From NCBI RefSeq assembly GCF_004010195.1, contig NC_057718.1, forward strand, positions 38,211,191 through 38,275,190: a stretch of DNA of 64,000 bases. The letters run 5' to 3'. Every line of letters starts with the position of its first letter. Within the stretch, counting starts at the first letter, position 1. Below are positions 11,271-24,179 of this stretch, piece after piece. Below the pieces are notes generated by a model. It was not told the DNA's origin. It was given only the letters and a program-made list of their open reading frames with translations, and searched no databases. This DNA is from Chiloscyllium plagiosum. Its lineage: Eukaryota. The position numbers and the translations under genes are program-made.

Positions 11271-14200
11271 AGATAAATACGTGGCTCTAAGATTGCTGTG
11301 GGAGAAACAAGTTCATATCATGTCGATTCCTTGGATATTAGCACCAGGATTAGAAAGCCTAAAGAGGACAACTAAAAAAGCAATAAGGAGGAGAAGACGA
11401 AATATGAGAGCTAGCTTACTAGTAATATAAAAGTTTTTTATAAATCATTTTTTTGAAAAGGTAAGAGAGAGGCAAGAATGGACATGGACCACTGGAAAGT
11501 GAGGGTCACGAAATAGTAATGGGGAACAGAGAAATGGCGAAGAAGCTGAACAGATACTTTGCATCAGTGTTCATGGTGGAAGACACCAGAACTTTGAGAG
11601 TGAGGGGCAGAGATGATTATAGTAGCCATCAATTTAAGGAGAAGGTTTTTGAGGAAGCTGAAAGGTCTGAAGGTGGATAAATCACCCAGGTCAGATGGAC
11701 GACACCACAGTTCTGAAGAAGATAGCTGAGATTTTGGAGGCGTTGGTGGTGATCTTTCAGGAAACACTGGAGTTCCAGAGGATTATAAAATGGCTAATGT
11801 AAGGCCCCTGTCTAAGAAGCGAAGGATTACAAAAGACTGGGAACTGCAGGCCAGTTTGCCTGACCTCAGTTGTTAGTAAGATTTTGAAGTCCATTGTTTC
11901 AGAATGAGATTGTGGTGTACTTGCATGGCTTTGTCAAGGGGAGTTCAAACCTTAGAAATGTGTTGGAATTCTTTGAGGTGGTAATGAGCAAGTCAGACAA
12001 AGGAGAGCCAGTCGATGTCATCAATTTGAATTTCCAGAAGACCTTTGACAAGGTGCCGCACAGGAGGCTGCACAGTAAGGTAAGAACCCACTGTGTCAGA
12101 GGCAAGGTACTGGCGTGGATAAAGGATTGGCTGACTGGCAGAAGGCAGAGAGTGAGGATAAAGGGGTATTTTTCAGGATGGTGACTGGTGATTGGTGGTG
12201 TTCTGCAGGGGTTTGTGTTGGGTCCATGACTGTTCATCTTATACATTAACGACCTGGGCAAAGGAAGTGAGGGCATTGTTGTTAAGTTTGCAAAAGAAAC
12301 AAAGATAGGTGGAGGGGCAGGTCATGTTGAAGTGTGGAGGCTGCAGAAGGACTTGGACAGGCTAGGAGAGCGGACAAAGAAGTGGCAGATAGAATATCAT
12401 GAGGAAAAAGTGAGATTATGCACTTTGTTAGAAAGAATAAATGAGGAAAAGCTTTGGAAATTTGAAGCTCAAAGGGACTTAAGAGAATCCCGCACTTGAA
12501 CTCCTAAGGTTAACATGTAGGTTTAACCGGCAGTTAGGAAGGCAAATGCAATGTTAGCATTCATTTCAAGTAAGCTAGAGTATAGGAGCAGAAATGTAAT
12601 GCTGAGGCTGTAATAGGCTCTGGTCAGACCACATCTGGAATATTGTGTGCAGTTTTGGGCCCTGAACTAAGAAAGGAAATGCAGATGTTCGAGGGGGTCC
12701 GGAGGATTTTGAAAGAATGATCTGGAGGATGAATGGTTGCCTCGTGAGGACTGGTTGAGGACTCTGGGTCTGTAGAGTATAGAAGGCTATGGGGGATCTC
12801 ATTGAAACATGGAATACTGAGGCCTGGATAGTGTGGGCATGGAGACGTTTCCACGAGTTGGAGAGTGTAGGACCGAGGGCATGGTGTCAGAGTGGAAGAA
12901 TGCCACTTTTAGAACTGAGATGAGGAGGAATTTCTTTAGCCAGAGGTTGGAGGTGAATTTGTGGAATTCATAACCTCAACAGCCTTCTGTGGTAAAGTCA
13001 TTGTTGCATTTAAGATCAAGGTAGATAGCTTCATGATTGGTAAAGGGGTCGAGGGTTATCTGGAGAAGGCAGGAGAACAGGGTGGAGAAACATCAGCCAT
13101 GATTGAAAGGACATACTCAATGGGCTGAATGGCCTAGTTGTTCATGTCATATAGTCCAACTGGTACTGTTTGTAAAAAAAAAAACAACAATGAGAGGGCA
13201 TAGGTTTAAAAATATGGCAATCATAGGAAATGTGGAAAAGACAGGAGAATAGCATAAAATAGTCATTCCTGTTGGAGAGCCAATGCATGCACATTAGCTG
13301 AAATGGCATCCTTCTGTATGTTATGATTCAGAGATATATGCTAATTTAGAGACAGTGCAGCTATTATAGGTAATGTTAAGGTGGCTTGTCAGATAAATTT
13401 GAAAAGTGACATTGAATGATCTCACTGGAATGTGACATGTTGATGAGAAATTGGAGGGGCCAAAGATAATTTCTTTCTGGAAAACCAGACTTAATAGTGT
13501 GAGAATAAGAAGGGGAGGCGTTTGATATCAATCTGAAGCTTCCATTCGATGTTCAATTGATTGAAAGACACATTATATTTTGTTCCAATGGTGAGAGACA
13601 AAACAAATTTCTATGTTTGATGGCTGTCTAACGTTGTCTATGGGCAAGTGTACTTGTCAGTCCTGCAGGATTTGTTTTAGAGAATTTTGCATCAGCCGAT
13701 TTCATCTTTGACATGATTGCTATCTGCAAGAACTTCTATCTTCTTTGCACATTATAAGATAGCAAAACATCTCAAGATGCTTCACAAGAGTGCAAACAAA
13801 CTAAATTTAGCATTAAGCTCTGAAAGATATTTGGGCACAAAGAGAGTGAGTCCTTAAGATGCATATTGAAAGATTTAAAAAATAAAGTGTGGAGAAATGA
13901 ACATTCAGCGAGTCAACTCCCAGAGGTTTAGGGCCTTGTTGCTAAAGGCAGTGCGAGTGAAGAGAGGTGAAAATTGGGACTAAACACTGGGCTGGAACTT
14001 GAGAGCAAAGTCCATTTAAAGGATTGATGAGCTGGATGAGGTAACAAATAGAAAGAGGTGTGGCATTTTAAGTTTAAATTTGACCTGTTTGTGGAGAAAA
14101 GGAGAAAATTGAGTTCTTTGCTGAAACATCATAATTCTGTAACGACTAGGTGTGGAATCAGCTTTTGCATGATTTAATCACAGAAATTCCGCAGCCTCTC

Positions 14201-14589
14201 TGAGCCCAAGGTGCTAAATTTTACTTTGGTCTTGTTCCCCAAATTTAGAATGAGATTTGAAGTAAAGGGAAGTTTGATTTAAAATGTCTGTTTGTCTCGC
14301 TGTATTCTCTCATCTCGAACACTCTTACTGCAAGTTTAGGCAGAGTGCACGAAAACTTGGCAGGAAAGCATAAGGTCATATTCTTTGGTTGGAAGCTTTC
14401 AGTAAAATGGAGAGAGACTCCCGAAATAATCACATTGCACAGATACGTTCTTGTGTATGAAACACCAAGCATTAGCTTGCCAATGCAGCAAGTTATTACT
14501 AAGAAAAATAAAATTTCTGTCGTTATTGCTGAGGGGGGAGCAGAATTGCAGGGTAGATTCTTTTTAAAAAAGAAGTGTTGTTAGAACAC

Positions 14590-14880
14590 TACAGGGTGTT
14601 AGTGTTCTGTGTACAGTTTAGGTCCCTGTATTTAAGAAAGAAAATACTGACATCGGATGCTATTCAGAAGAGATTCACTAGGCTGAGTTCTATGATGTAG
14701 GGTTTGATCACTGGTGGGAAGTAGATTTCTGAAATACCAGAGAGTTGACAACTCTGCTGAACTGGCACAAAAGAGGAGCTGAGGTCTGGGGCAGATCAGC
14801 CATGATCTTGTTAAATGATGGGTCAGGTTTGAGAGGGCAAAAGGCCTATCCTTGCTTCTATTTCTTGCATTCTTATCTGG
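14590..14880 (+). mobile_element. Old CR1 3' fragments
   Basis: gtgtacagtttaggtccctgtatttaagaaag, cagaagagattcactaggctg and agatcagccatgatcttgttaaatg are CR1 3' motifs. Confidence 0.65.
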
Positions 14881-14954
14881 GTATATGGAGTAACCACAGT
14901 GGAGGCCAGATTTGAATTGAAGTATTTTTGCTAAAAGGAAGATAATGTGTGCAG

Positions 14955-15170
14955 GTGGTTAATTAGCTCATTTGGACAGATAGTTGATTTGCAATGCAGG
15001 CTGACACCAACAGCGTAGGTTCAATTCCTGCACTGGTGAAATTACCATGAAGGTCCCAGTTCTTAACCTCACCCCCTCACCTCAGATGTAATGACTGTCT
15101 GTCTGGTTTAACCACCACCAGTTGTCTCGAAGTAATGACAGAACAACAGTTAAACTATGGTGACTTTACT
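14955..15170 (+). mobile_element. Old tRNA-derived SINE (second family)
   Basis: A-box-like tagctcatttgg, B box ggttcaattcc, tail actatggtgactttact. Confidence 0.7.
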
Positions 15171-15569
15171 ATTACTGTCAGATTGTTCAAGTCCTGTGTA
15201 CTAACTTGCAACTGTCCAACTGCTTCAAACACCAAGAGGCTGAGCGAAGGCTCATTGCATTTCATGAGGTCGACTGTTACGTTATTGAAACGTCGGGACA
15301 GAAATTGGGATGCAACCGTAGGCATTGAGAGACGGCTTGTATTGTGGAGACCTCCTTGATTAGTTTGTCTGCTGATGACAGACAAAATCGTCAACTTTGC
15401 TTGTTGAATTCAGAACTAAAATTTTCATATATCAGTCCCTGTAATACTGATTTTTGTCCTGTGTAAACCAACAACTAAATATTCAAAGGGAAAATAACTT
15501 GTTTCAAAAACATGACTTGTGCCGTGTAATGTTGTTCACTGATGATTCAGTGTTATATTCCAGTATTTC

Positions 15570-16060
15570 TACAGGAAGGATGTTGTTAATCTTGAAGACA
15601 CAGAAAAGATTTACAAGGATGTTGCTAGGGTTGGAGGGTTTGAGCAATAGGGAGAGGCTGAATAGGCTGGAGCCATGTTTCCTAGAGTGTCAGAGGCTGA
15701 GGATAACCTTACAGAGATTTATAAAATCATGAGAGGCATGGATTGGGTGAATAGCTGTGTGGGAAATCCAAAACTAGAGGGCATAGGTTCAAGGTGACGG
15801 GGCAAGATTTAAAAAGGACCTGATGGGTAACTTTTCACACAGAGAGTGATGCATACATGGAGCATGCTGCCAGAGGAAGTTGTGGAGGTGGGTACAATTG
15901 CAACATTTAAAAGACATCTGGATGGATACATGAATAGGAAGGGTTTAGAGGGATATGGGCCAAATGCTGGCAAATGGGATTAGGTCAGTTTGGAATGTCT
16001 GATCGGTGCACTTGAGTTGGACCAAAGGGTCTATTGCTGTGAAGTAGAAGTCTACAACTG
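15570..16060 (+). mobile_element. CR1 3'-end fragment
   Basis: QKRFTRMLLGLEGLSNRERLNRL in ORF 15454..15732; 3'UTR gagttggaccaaagggtct. Confidence 0.9.
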
Positions 16061-19000
16061 TAATATTCACATGATATAACTAATTTAAGCAAATGTTATA
16101 CTTCTTAATTGGTACAGTTAATAAGTATACCCTCCAAACAACTTGAACTATGTTTTTCTGAAAATGACACTTGCGCAAGATTTTTTCCAGAAAGTATATC
16201 TTTTTAAAAATATGCACATATGTTTGTAACGAAAGTAAGCAATGCAGTTTTGTTTTGTTCTCCCCCCAGTGAAAAGTTCAGCCGAGCCAAAAATAGAGAC
16301 AGCTGAAAATTTAACTCGTCTCAAAAATGTGGGAAAGCAGGAGCTTTTTCTTTCTCAACAGATAGAAAAGAGAAGGTTTGTTCTGGACTGCTTGGAATCA
16401 TAACAGATGTGCAATTCATTGACTATTGAGTGTTTTGTATTTAATTTATTCCTGCAGAGTAAGGGGGTTAATTGTAAAAATAGTGCTTGAAGAACAGCAT
16501 TCAACAGCATATTATTCCCAGTATGAATACAGCCAAGAATGTGGTTGAAAACAATGGTGTGTGTAGGTACAGCAGGATGCCATTGTGATTCCACTTTGCT
16601 GAAACTTCAGAAATCAGTACAATCAGGAACACAAACATAAAATGCTGGAAATATTCTATAGACGAGACAGCATCTGTGGAAAGAGGAACAGAATCACCAT
16701 TTCAGGACTGTTTTTGGTGTGTTAATTTCTGGGCAGACAGGAACAAGTTCGAACAGTTGCCTTGTAATCACTTAGTATCTTCGGAGTTCATGGCAGCATG
16801 GGTTTGGACTGCCTCTTGCTGTCTCTCTCTCTGATGTCATCACGCTCCACCTGTGTGTGACTGCTGCCTACAATCGTGAGTCATCCACCCCGTTCAGTAA
16901 AATCGACTGATCTCCAGGTACCAATGAAGGGTTTTTTCTGGTGTTACAATCTCCAAGACAACCTTTAATCATCACTGGGAGATTGGGGGTGAATCAAGTT
17001 GTGTCTTGGTTATTCTGACAAGTTTGCTAACTTGAGGTTGGTTCAGGGTGCTATTTCTTGCATTGTCTGATAATGTGCAAGAAATTTGGATGCGATTTTT
17101 TTTCAGGTTTCTCAACTTAATATGCAGTTGACAGGATTCCTGTGTTGGTCTTCAGTTCAAATTCAGAAACTTCAATAATGGAAAAGTGAAGGTACATTCC
17201 AGTCTGAAGGTCCCTAATGAGCAAATATATTAATAGTCTCGCTTCGATAATCACCAGGTGCATGTTAAATGATGCAATAAGAAGGTAATAACATGTTGGG
17301 TAGATTTCAGAATATGTGTTGAAGTTGTGCGCATGTATTACTTGATGAAGACCTGAAACCAGTGTGCCTTGACCAGTTTAATGACCAGCCTCCTCACTGC
17401 TGTTGGATCATATTTTCCCATGTTTCCACCACGAAATTGGGAAGTGAAATTTTCCTCCTTCGGAACAGTGTATTGTCAATATAATGTTGAGATTTGCCTG
17501 CAAGTGCAGAAATTTCTCAGCTCAGTGCACTCGGAAAAATGCCTTAAATGGTGTGAATGAAACTGGAAGTAGTTTGGCTGACTGTCCCCAGACATAAGTA
17601 GGAGGTGGGCACTGGATCTACTGATTACTGAGGCAGGCCATTTCAAAAACTGTCTTGGTTCTCTGTGAACACCATTGTTTGGTTAAATATTACTCCTGGG
17701 GTGGTCCTCCCTCACAGCACATCATCCTCCCCTCATGCCCTGTTCATACCTACTCTTGCTTCCTATTGACCCTCATGTCTCCATGCAAAGTCATGCCACT
17801 TCATGCCATCCTTTTCTTTCATACCGTGTATGTCCACTCAACCAGTACCTATCGTGGGGAGAGCTTGGGTATCTTGTTGTGATGAAATCATATTAATTGC
17901 TTAAATGCATATTGTAGTTTCAATTGCAATAAAAAAAATCACGAAAAGCCCCTCATGTCCTTTATCCCATATCAAGACAGACATTTATTCATAACACCAC
18001 ATCAGTGAAAGCTAACCTTTCAGTAATCGCTGTGAGCCTCAGTCAAATTGTGAATTTACAACCTTCCCGCTACCATAATTGAGGATGGGGTAAGCAGGCA
18101 GCTATTTAATTCCTTTAAAAGCCCTGATACAGTATCAAGAAACAACCATTGTAACAGACCAGAATTTTATTTTTCAACTCTGACATGGGCAAGCTGTTTT
18201 ATTTTCAGTTATTTTTAAAGTCTTGAGATTTAAATGTCATGAATTTTTGTCAGTTTTATTTACCTTACCTGCCCATTTATATGAAGCATTTGTATCTCAG
18301 TTAAAATATGGCACACTCTGTGATAATGCCCTTGCCACAATGAAAAACTGGGACTGTCTAAGCTCAGGACTGGGTTCACTTGGACTTGCTGAGTTCCGAT
18401 TTCCTGTTAGTGTGAGTCTTACCTTCCCCATCTTTATCCTGAGCAAATACAGAATTAGTTGGGAAAAGGTGGAACTTCCAGTTCGAGGTCTTTTCTGCTG
18501 TTCTATGAACACAGTCTATTTTCTTTTCCTTTGTTTCAACTGGAAGCCTGTTTTCTTCATCACCTGAACTTGGTTTCTCCAACGCCCATTGTTCAGAGTT
18601 TCTCCTTTACACACATTCCAACCTGTTAAGAATTGCATCTTTCAGACCTTTGTCTCACTTTAAACATCTTGTCCCTCCAACCCCAACATCCACCACCTTC
18701 TGTACTTGAGTCACACAAACTCCCTTCTCAATCATTCTGCCTTGCATTCTTGAATTATCTCTGAAAAACTGTCTTTATGCTTTATGTTTATCAGAGCTAT
18801 GAAAGGACAATTCTCTGGGTCTTGCTTGCCCAGTTTGGAATTTTTTTTTAGATATTAGGCATGGAGTAATTTCATCGCTTGAATATCATTGTTCATGCAA
18901 TTTGGAAATGGAGTTTTAAAAAAAAAATCTTTCTAAAACATTTGCATTGTTGAAAAATTAGGCATTTAACTGAAAGTGGGAAAAAGCTGTTCATGGGAGA

Positions 19001-19636
19001 TCCAAGACATCCCTTTATTGTCAATCTTTTCATCATAAACTGGATAATAGACATGACTTTGGATTACATCAAATGGTGAAAAAGATGGCAGTTGGGAGAC
19101 AAAATTGACACTAATATTGCTGGATGTGATGAGATTGAAATGATATTTCAGGTGCTGTTTTGGTACTGTTCTGCAAGTTAACTCCTGATGTTACCAAATT
19201 TGTTTTTGTTATGAGGGAATAAAATTGAAGCATTTGGTGTTCCAGAAATAGATAGTGTATTTTCTTGTTTCTGTCTCCATGTCTTCCACAATTCATGTAT
19301 TTTCAGAAACAATTGAATATTTTTTTCAAATTTCATCAAAAATTTAAAGTAAATCTCCAGTCAGTTGAGCAGAGAGAGAATAGAGTGTAGGAAGGAATTT
19401 ACTTATGTCATGATTATTTCTGCCTGTGAATGCTGACACAGTATTTTTATTAAAAGTTTGTGTTCTGTTTATGGGAAAGCGAGGCCCTGGATTATTTTTT
19501 AAAGATTATAACGAAGGCAATTATAAAGCCATGAAAGAAGAGCCAATTTGGTGAATTGCCAAGTGAAGTTACAGCCCATAGGGATGCAATGACACCCATT
19601 TTATTTTAGAATTCACAGAACTCATGTCGTATAAAG

Positions 19637-19971
19637 ATTAGATTAGATTAGATTAGATTACCTACAGTGTGGAAGCAGGCCCTTCAGCCCAGCAATTCCA
19701 CACCGATTCTCCGAAGAGTAACCCACCCAGACCCATTTCTCTCTAAGTAAAAACATTTCTCTCTGACTAATGCTCCTAACACTCTGGGTAACTTAGCATG
19801 GCCAATTCATCTGACCTACACGTCTTTGGACTGGGGGAGGAAAGCAGAGCACCCGGAGGAAACCCACGCAGACACAGAGAGAATGTGCAAACTCCACACA
19901 GTCACCCAAGGCTGGAATCGAACCTGGTGCTGTGAGGCAGCAATGCTAACCACTGAGCCACCGTGCTGCCC
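19637..19971 (-). mobile_element. HE1-type SINE
   Basis: (GATTA)n tail on +; head ends cactgagccaccgtgctgccc; carries a private catttctctc duplication. Confidence 0.93.
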
Positions 19972-20039
19972 TGGTACGAAAAAAAATCCAAGGGGCCGAC
20001 CCATCCACACTGGTTAACTGGAAGGTGTAAAGTGGTATA

Positions 20040-20270
20040 AAGTTAAAGACTGAGAGAAATTATTTCTTCCATAATATGGTGAGCTTGTGGAATTTGCTAC
20101 CAAAAAGCATTGAGGCCAAAACACGTGTATAATTTCAAGGAGAAGTTAGATAATGCACTTCATGGTGAAAGAGATCAAAGGATATGAGAGAAAAGCAGGA
20201 ACAAGCAATTGAGTTGGTTGATCAGCCATATGCATATTGATGGTAGAGCAGGCTCAAAGGGCTCAATGTT
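20040..20270 (+). mobile_element. CR1 3'-end fragment
   Basis: gactgagagaaattatttc...tgtggaatttgctacca...gatcagccat...agagcaggctcaaagggc; continues after the SINE at 20700. Confidence 0.75.
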
Positions 20271-20276
20271 CTATTT

Positions 20277-20694
20277 TAGATTACTTAGTGTGGAAACAGG
20301 CCCTTCCCCCAACAAGTCCACACTGACCCGCCGAAGTGCAACCCACCCAGACCCATTCCCCTACATTTACCCCTGCCCCTAACACTATGGGCAATTTAGC
20401 ATGGCCAATTCACCTAACCTGCACATCTTTGGACTGTGGGAGGAAACCGGAGTACCCGGAGGAAACCCACGCAGACACTGGGAGAATGTGCAAACTCCAC
20501 ACAGATTACCTACAGTGTGGAAGCAGGCCCTTCAGCCCAACAATTCCACACTGATTCTCCAAAGTGTAACCCACCGAGACCCATTTCTCTATAGGTAAAA
20601 GCATTTCTCTCTGACTAATGCTCCTAACACTCTGAGGCAGGAATTGAACCCGGGTCTCTGGCGCTGTGAGGCAGCAGTGCTAACCACTGTGCCA
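20277..20694 (-). mobile_element. HE1-type SINE containing a 132-bp internal insertion
   Basis: TSD ctattt at 20271-20276 and 20695-20700. Positions 20503-20634 duplicate 19655-19786. Confidence 0.92.
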
Positions 20695-21729
20695 CTATTT
20701 CTGCTCCTATGTTTTATATTTTTATGCAAGAGCCCTCTGACAGACTGTGTCTCTTAAGGATAGACTGCAAGATGTAACACGTCACTGATTATTAGTCAAC
20801 TTTAAGCATTGTTTTCTTCAAGTTGTTTTGCTTCATTGGAGACTGAGCATTATTGTCAAACAGCACCATTGACAACTGTCTTCCCTACACAAAACCTTTA
20901 TCAAGACCAAATGGTTAATTTCTTTTTCTTCTAGTAATGTTCAAATTTAGTTGCTTGAATTTATACAGAAATGTCTTTTGATAACTTACTTTATTTCCTT
21001 ATGCCCCTTCTATGATGGGAATAGGCTTTTGTTGCCTCTTGATGACTCATCTAATGTCAACCTCCTCCTTCCCCACCTTTGTTTTATTACAGGAAACAGT
21101 GTTTTATAATTGTACCATAATATGTTTAATCATGATCCCAACTTGCCACCTTGTGTAACAATCCCTTAAGAGTGAAGTACGGTTTTCTTTTTGGTTGTGA
21201 TTTCAGTAAAGTGCATTGTCAGACTGAATCCATTTGGAACAAGATTTAATAAATGGGAACATCCATTAAGGACTATGAACCACTTGATGTGAAACAGTAT
21301 ATCGAGTTAACTATTTGTCTTTTGCAGGCACATGTGTTGCAAGATATCAATTTTTCTTCAGTTTGGAGAGACATTAATTGGGCCGACATTATGCTTATCT
21401 GTGTGGAGATTGTCACAAATTCGTTCCAAGTGGATAGAGCATTGCTTAATACAAAAGTTGTGCCCAAGATTCTAGAGTTGTAAGTAGGATATTACCTTCA
21501 GAATGGTTTACTGGTTAACAGACAGCATGCAGAGTAGGAGTTCTAATGTGTCATTTTTCAGGTTGACAAGCTGTGATTATTAAGATACAGCAAGGATAAG
21601 TGTTTTTGCCGAGCTGTTGACAATCTGTATCAATAGTTTAGATGTTAGGAATAAAAAGTAAAGATTTGAGATTATCCAAAACGAGAGTGGAAGTATGAAT
21701 TGTGGGAAAGATGCAAAGATGCTGCAAGA

Positions 21730-23362
21730 GGAATAGATAGTAACATATTGAAAAATGTCAGTATTACAGAGGAGGAAGTGCTGGATGTCTTGAAACGCAT
21801 AAAGATGGATAAATCCCCAGGACCTGATGAAGTGCATCCGAGAACTTGGTGGGAAGTGAGGGAGGTGATTGCTGGGCCACTTGATGAGATATTTGTTTTG
21901 TGGATAGTCACAGGTGAGGTGCCGGAAGACTGGAGGTTGGCTAATGTGGTACCACTACTTAAGATAGTAAGGACAAGTCAGGGAACTAGATAACGATGAG
22001 CTTGACGTCAGTGGTGGGCAAGTTGTTGGAGGGAATCCTGAGGGACAGGATGTACATGTATTTGGAAAGGCAGGGACTCATTAGGGATAGTCAACATGAC
22101 TTTGTGCATGGGAAATCATGTCTCACAAAGTTGATGGAGTTTTTTGAGGAAGTAACAAAGAGGATTGATGAGGGCAGAACAGTAGATGTGATCAATACGG
22201 ACTTCAGTAAAGCGTGCAACCAGGTTCCCCATGGGAGACTGATGAGCAAGGTTAGATCTATTGGAATACAGGGAGAACTAGCCATTTGGATACAGAACTG
22301 ACTCAAAGGTAGAAGACAGAGGGTGTTGGTGGAGGGTTGTTTTTCAGACTGGAGGCCTATGACCTGTGGAGTGCCACAAGGATCAGTACTGGGTCCTCTA
22401 CTTCTGGTCATTTATATAAATGATTTGGATTCGAGCATAAGAGGTACAGTTAGTAAGTTTGCAGATGACACCAAAATTGGAGGCGCATTGGACAACGAAG
22501 AGGGTTACCATGATTACAATAGGATCTTGATCAGATGGGTCAGTGGGCTGAGAAGTGGCAGATGGCGTTTAATTCAGATAAATGCGAGGTGCTGCATTTT
22601 GGGAAAGCAAATCTTAGCAGGACTTATACACTTAATGGTAAGATCCTAGGGAGTGTTGCTGAACAAAGAGACCTTGGAGTACAGGTTCATAGCTCCTTGA
22701 AAGTAGAGTCACAGGTAGATAGGATAGTGAAGAAGGCGTTTGGTATGCTTTCCTTTAATGGTCAGAGTATTGAGTACAGGAGTTGGGAGGTCATGTTGCG
22801 GTAGTACAGGACATTGGTTAGGCCACTTTTGGAACTTGCATACAATTCTGGTCTCCTTCCTATTGGAAAGATGTGAAACTTGAAAGGGTTCAAAAACGAT
22901 TTACAAGTATGTTGCCAGGGTTGGAGGATTTGAGCTATAGGGAGAGGCTGAACAGGCTGGGCTGTTTTCCCTGGAGTGTGGGAGGCTGAGGGGTGATCTT
23001 ATAGAGGTTTATAAAATCAAGAGCAGCATCCATAGAGTAAATAGACAAAGTCTTTTCCCAGGGGTGGGGGAATCTGGAACTAGAGGGCATAGGTTTAGGG
23101 TGAGAGGGGAAAGATATAAAAGCGACCTGAGGGGCAACTTGAAGAGTGGTACATATATGGAATGTGCTGCCAGAGGAAGTGGTGGAGGCTGGTACAATAG
23201 CAACATTTAAGAGGCATGTGGATGGGCATAGGAATAGGAAGGGTTTAGAGGGATATGGACCAGGTGCTGGCAGGTGGGACTAGATTGGGTTGGGTTATCT
23301 GGTTAGCACGGATGAATTGGACCGAAAGGTCTGTTTCCGCGCTGTATATCTCTATGACTCTA
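21730..23362 (+). mobile_element. 5'-truncated CR1 (HER1-like) LINE, RT to tail; pseudogenised
   Basis: DKSPGPDEVHPR, EVPEDWRLANVVPL, SCLTKLMEFFEEVT, GVPQGSVLGPLL, SKFADDTKIGG; tail ctctatgactctat. Stops and frameshifts split the ORF. Confidence 0.96.
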
Positions 23363-24179
23363 TCTATTGTGTATCACTTCCATACTCCAGAAATCTATGA
23401 AATATTGAATTTTTGATGAAGATAATTGTTTGCAATTCCATGTTGTTTTTAACAACATTTTGGTAAAGGCAAAACTATAGTGATTATATCTCACTTTTCC
23501 AGTTGCATTATATTTCTGTGCGTTGATCCTAACATTTTCTTGTGTGGCACATTGAATTTAAATAGTGAACAAGCTGAACCGTTTAGTTTAATTCATAGTG
23601 TCTGTGCATGATCTTCAGCTATGCTACATCTGACCTTCTCTTCATTGAAGGAAGAGCCAGGCAGATGAAAATTGCTGCTGAAATGTGTGTTTCTGAACGC
23701 TGTTGCTGAATGTGGGGCAAAGGACAAGACATCTGCTTCATCTCTTGAATGAAGTAATCTGCAAAACGTCATCTAGGCCTGAATATGAATGATAGCAGCT
23801 TGTATGAAGGAATAGACATTGTTTTGCAATTATGCATCAGTAAACTCGCAAGCGGCGGTGCCTATGAAGGAAATAAAGAAGATTTAATGAGAGATTGACC
23901 TTTTTCTCCATGCTCAACTTTGAAAGAATAAAATTGCACATCTGGCTTGTTAAGGCTGCAACTTCTTTCCCACTTTATTTAATTTGTGGATAAAATTGCT
24001 GGATCACATTGCATTTATTTTCTATACAGTTTGGAAAATCTACAAGGCTTGGATTTGTTTTGCATCCGGACAGATCGCTTAACTATTCTATAGTGAATTC
24101 ATGCAATGATTGATGTTCATGCACATGCAGATTTGGAGAAGTTGATCTTGTATTTTTGTTCAGTTACATAAATAACTTT

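Larger units (their letters stand above)
8040..13150 (+). mobile_element. Old, near full-length CR1 LINE (ORF1 plus ORF2 RT and 3' end; endonuclease region missing), host to nested insertions
   Basis: ORF1 Cys-rich start (tgttgtaactacatgatgtggg; atctgtaggaagt) and SGNH-esterase motifs (gtaattgaggatattgtagtcagg ~ VIGDSIVR; gtggtccacataggtacc ~ VVHIGT). ORF1 resumes at 9506-9525 and 11276. RT motifs in 11894..12184 (HGFVKG, FQKTFDKVPHRRL, WIKDWLTGRRQRV). Confidence 0.85.

Noticed and set aside
15364..15386. Hairpin tttgtctg-CTGATGA-cagacaaa with a nearby upstream gaaacgtc
   Set aside because: The CTGATGA sits in a closed loop and the motif order and stems do not form a hammerhead three-way junction; likely chance.
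16270..16375. Possible coding exon KSSAEPKIETAENLTRLKNVGKQ...
   Set aside because: The acceptor is plausible, but the donor is weak (gtttgt) and no protein is recognised; it cannot be supported without RNA data.
21329..21479. Open exon-like segment (ttttgcAG ... GTAAGT) in ORF 21253..21483
   Set aside because: Its 3' part and downstream flank look like a decayed CR1 RT region (cagagtagg...tcatttttcaggttgacaagctgtga), and the peptide is unrecognisable.
23847..23862. CTCF-like GC motif (also near 2345-2358)
   Set aside because: Several mismatches in the core; not distinguishable from background.
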